Below are positions 14,662 through 15,415 of a stretch of DNA of 15,415 nt, one piece after another. Each line of letters opens with the position of its first letter. The first letter of the stretch is position 1. The notes under the pieces are model-generated. The model had not been told where the DNA came from. It did not search any database and was given only the letters and a program-made list of their open reading frames with translations. Made by a program: the position numbers and the translations under genes. Origin of the DNA: Leidyana gryllorum EB-2025a (lineage: Eukaryota; Protista; Apicomplexa); assembly GCA_048772705.1 (NCBI GenBank), contig JBLWGC010000187.1:1-15415 (forward strand). The letters are read 5' to 3'.

Positions 14662-14734
14662 GCCGCCCTAGCTCAGTCGGTAGAGCGCAAGACTCTTAAT
14701 CTTGCAGTCGCGGGTTCGAGCCCCGCGGGCGGTG
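14662..14734 (+). tRNA. trnK: tRNA-Lys(CTT)
   Basis: caaga ctCTTaa tcttg; intact. Confidence 0.94.
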
Positions 14735-14768
14735 TGGATCTGTTGCCTGCAAGCACACTCAGCTGGGT

Positions 14769-14841
14769 TTCCACTGCCGGGACTTGAACCCGGATCGTGC
14801 GGGTGAGAGCCGCATATCCTAGCCACTTAGACTACAGCGGA
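14769..14841 (-). tRNA. trnE: tRNA-Glu(CTC)
   Basis: rc tgcgg ctCTCac ccgca; intact. Confidence 0.92.
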
Positions 14842-14958
14842 CAACTCCTTCAGCTGCAGCTTTTGCCGAGAGCCGTACCCTCTGGACAAGACGTGATTGC
14901 AGAATCCTGCGGTAGGATAAGGGAGGATCTCTATACTAAGCTCTGAAACATTGTAGCT

Positions 14959-15032
14959 GGGTCTTGTAGCTCAGTCGGCAGAGCGTGTGGCTGTTCACCA
15001 CAAAGTCGCAGGTTCGAAACCTGCCAGACCCG
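14959..15032 (+). tRNA. trnN: tRNA-Asn(GTT), atypical (bulged acceptor, C37)
   Basis: tgtgg ctGTTca ccaca, GCAGG TTCGAAA CCTGC. Confidence 0.78.
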
Positions 15033-15153
15033 GTTTCAGAGGCACTCTCCAAGGGAAGGAAAATCATATCACGAGCACTCCAACTCGACATGCGCGGCAG
15101 TGGCTCCCCATACAGCTAGCAAGCTTGCGGAACGTCTTTCGCGCGAAAGGCTA

Positions 15154-15226
15154 TGATGCGCATGGGACTCGAACCCACAACTCCCGGTTCCGAAGACCGA
15201 TGCCCTATCCATTAGGCCACCGCACC
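15154..15226 (-). tRNA. trnR: tRNA-Arg(TCG)
   Basis: rc ctTCGga, GGTTCGAGTCC; 7:66 mismatch. Confidence 0.85.
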
Positions 15227-15307
15227 ATAGACAAGCTTCGGTCATCTCGATACTAGTTGGGTGTAAGAGGAGACAGCTTGGGGCAGCTCGGTGGATGGGT
15301 TGCGAAT

Positions 15308-15380
15308 GCGGTTGTGTCGCAATGCATAGCGCGTTGCCCTCCTAAGGCGAAGGTTGAGGATTCGGGTCCCTCCAGCCGTT
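15308..15380 (+). pseudogene. tRNA-Arg(CCT) pseudogene
   Basis: GCGGTTG/CAGCCGT, ctCCTaa; D-loop GG->GC, T-arm GGATTCGGGT. Confidence 0.75.
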
Positions 15381-15415
15381 TCCTGCGTGGCTTCGTTTGT
15401 GCAAAGTGGAGAGAC

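Noticed and set aside
188-15256. All ORFs in the supplied six-frame track (60-181 aa)
   Set aside because: They are short, overlap tRNA genes on either strand, often use non-ATG starts and show no recognisable domains. Recurrent peptides such as GIEPGS, GFEP and RVRFP are translations of the B box.
20-15380. Bacterial or phage tRNA array, or organellar origin
   Set aside because: No encoded CCA; eukaryotic A34 anticodons (AAT, AGA, AAG, AAC, AGT); Ala ATCG T-loop; intron-bearing Tyr; mixed strands and heavy pseudogenisation.
20-15380. CRISPR array or regular tandem satellite
   Set aside because: The repeats are tRNA genes with homologous, not unique, spacers, in irregular order and orientation.

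Overview
This window is non-coding. It is an extremely dense, scrambled cluster of eukaryotic-type tRNA genes: no encoded CCA, internal A/B boxes, an Ala T-loop ATCGATA, and a Tyr gene with an intron after position 37. I count roughly 85 tRNA-derived loci on both strands, ranging from intact cloverleaves through point-mutated copies to fragments. All 20 amino acids are represented; I found no initiator Met or Sec. The region is a mosaic of direct and inverted duplications of multi-tRNA blocks. Paralogous copies with shared flanks repeatedly differ at the anticodon, mostly at wobble position 34 (Glu, Lys, Ser, Leu, Val, Pro, Thr, Gln, Gly). Two otherwise near-perfect copies carry a non-cognate anticodon (Gly body with GCG, Leu body with GAT). 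The most striking element is a 640-bp insertion (9365-10004). It has TGTTGTG...CACAACA ends and a 5-bp AGAGT target-site duplication, splits a tRNA-Gln(CTG) gene in its anticodon loop, and carries three diverged tRNA-like Pol III promoter units. It looks like a solo LTR carrying tRNA-derived promoters. The listed ORFs are judged spurious. All folding and alignment was done by eye, and the host organism was not identified.
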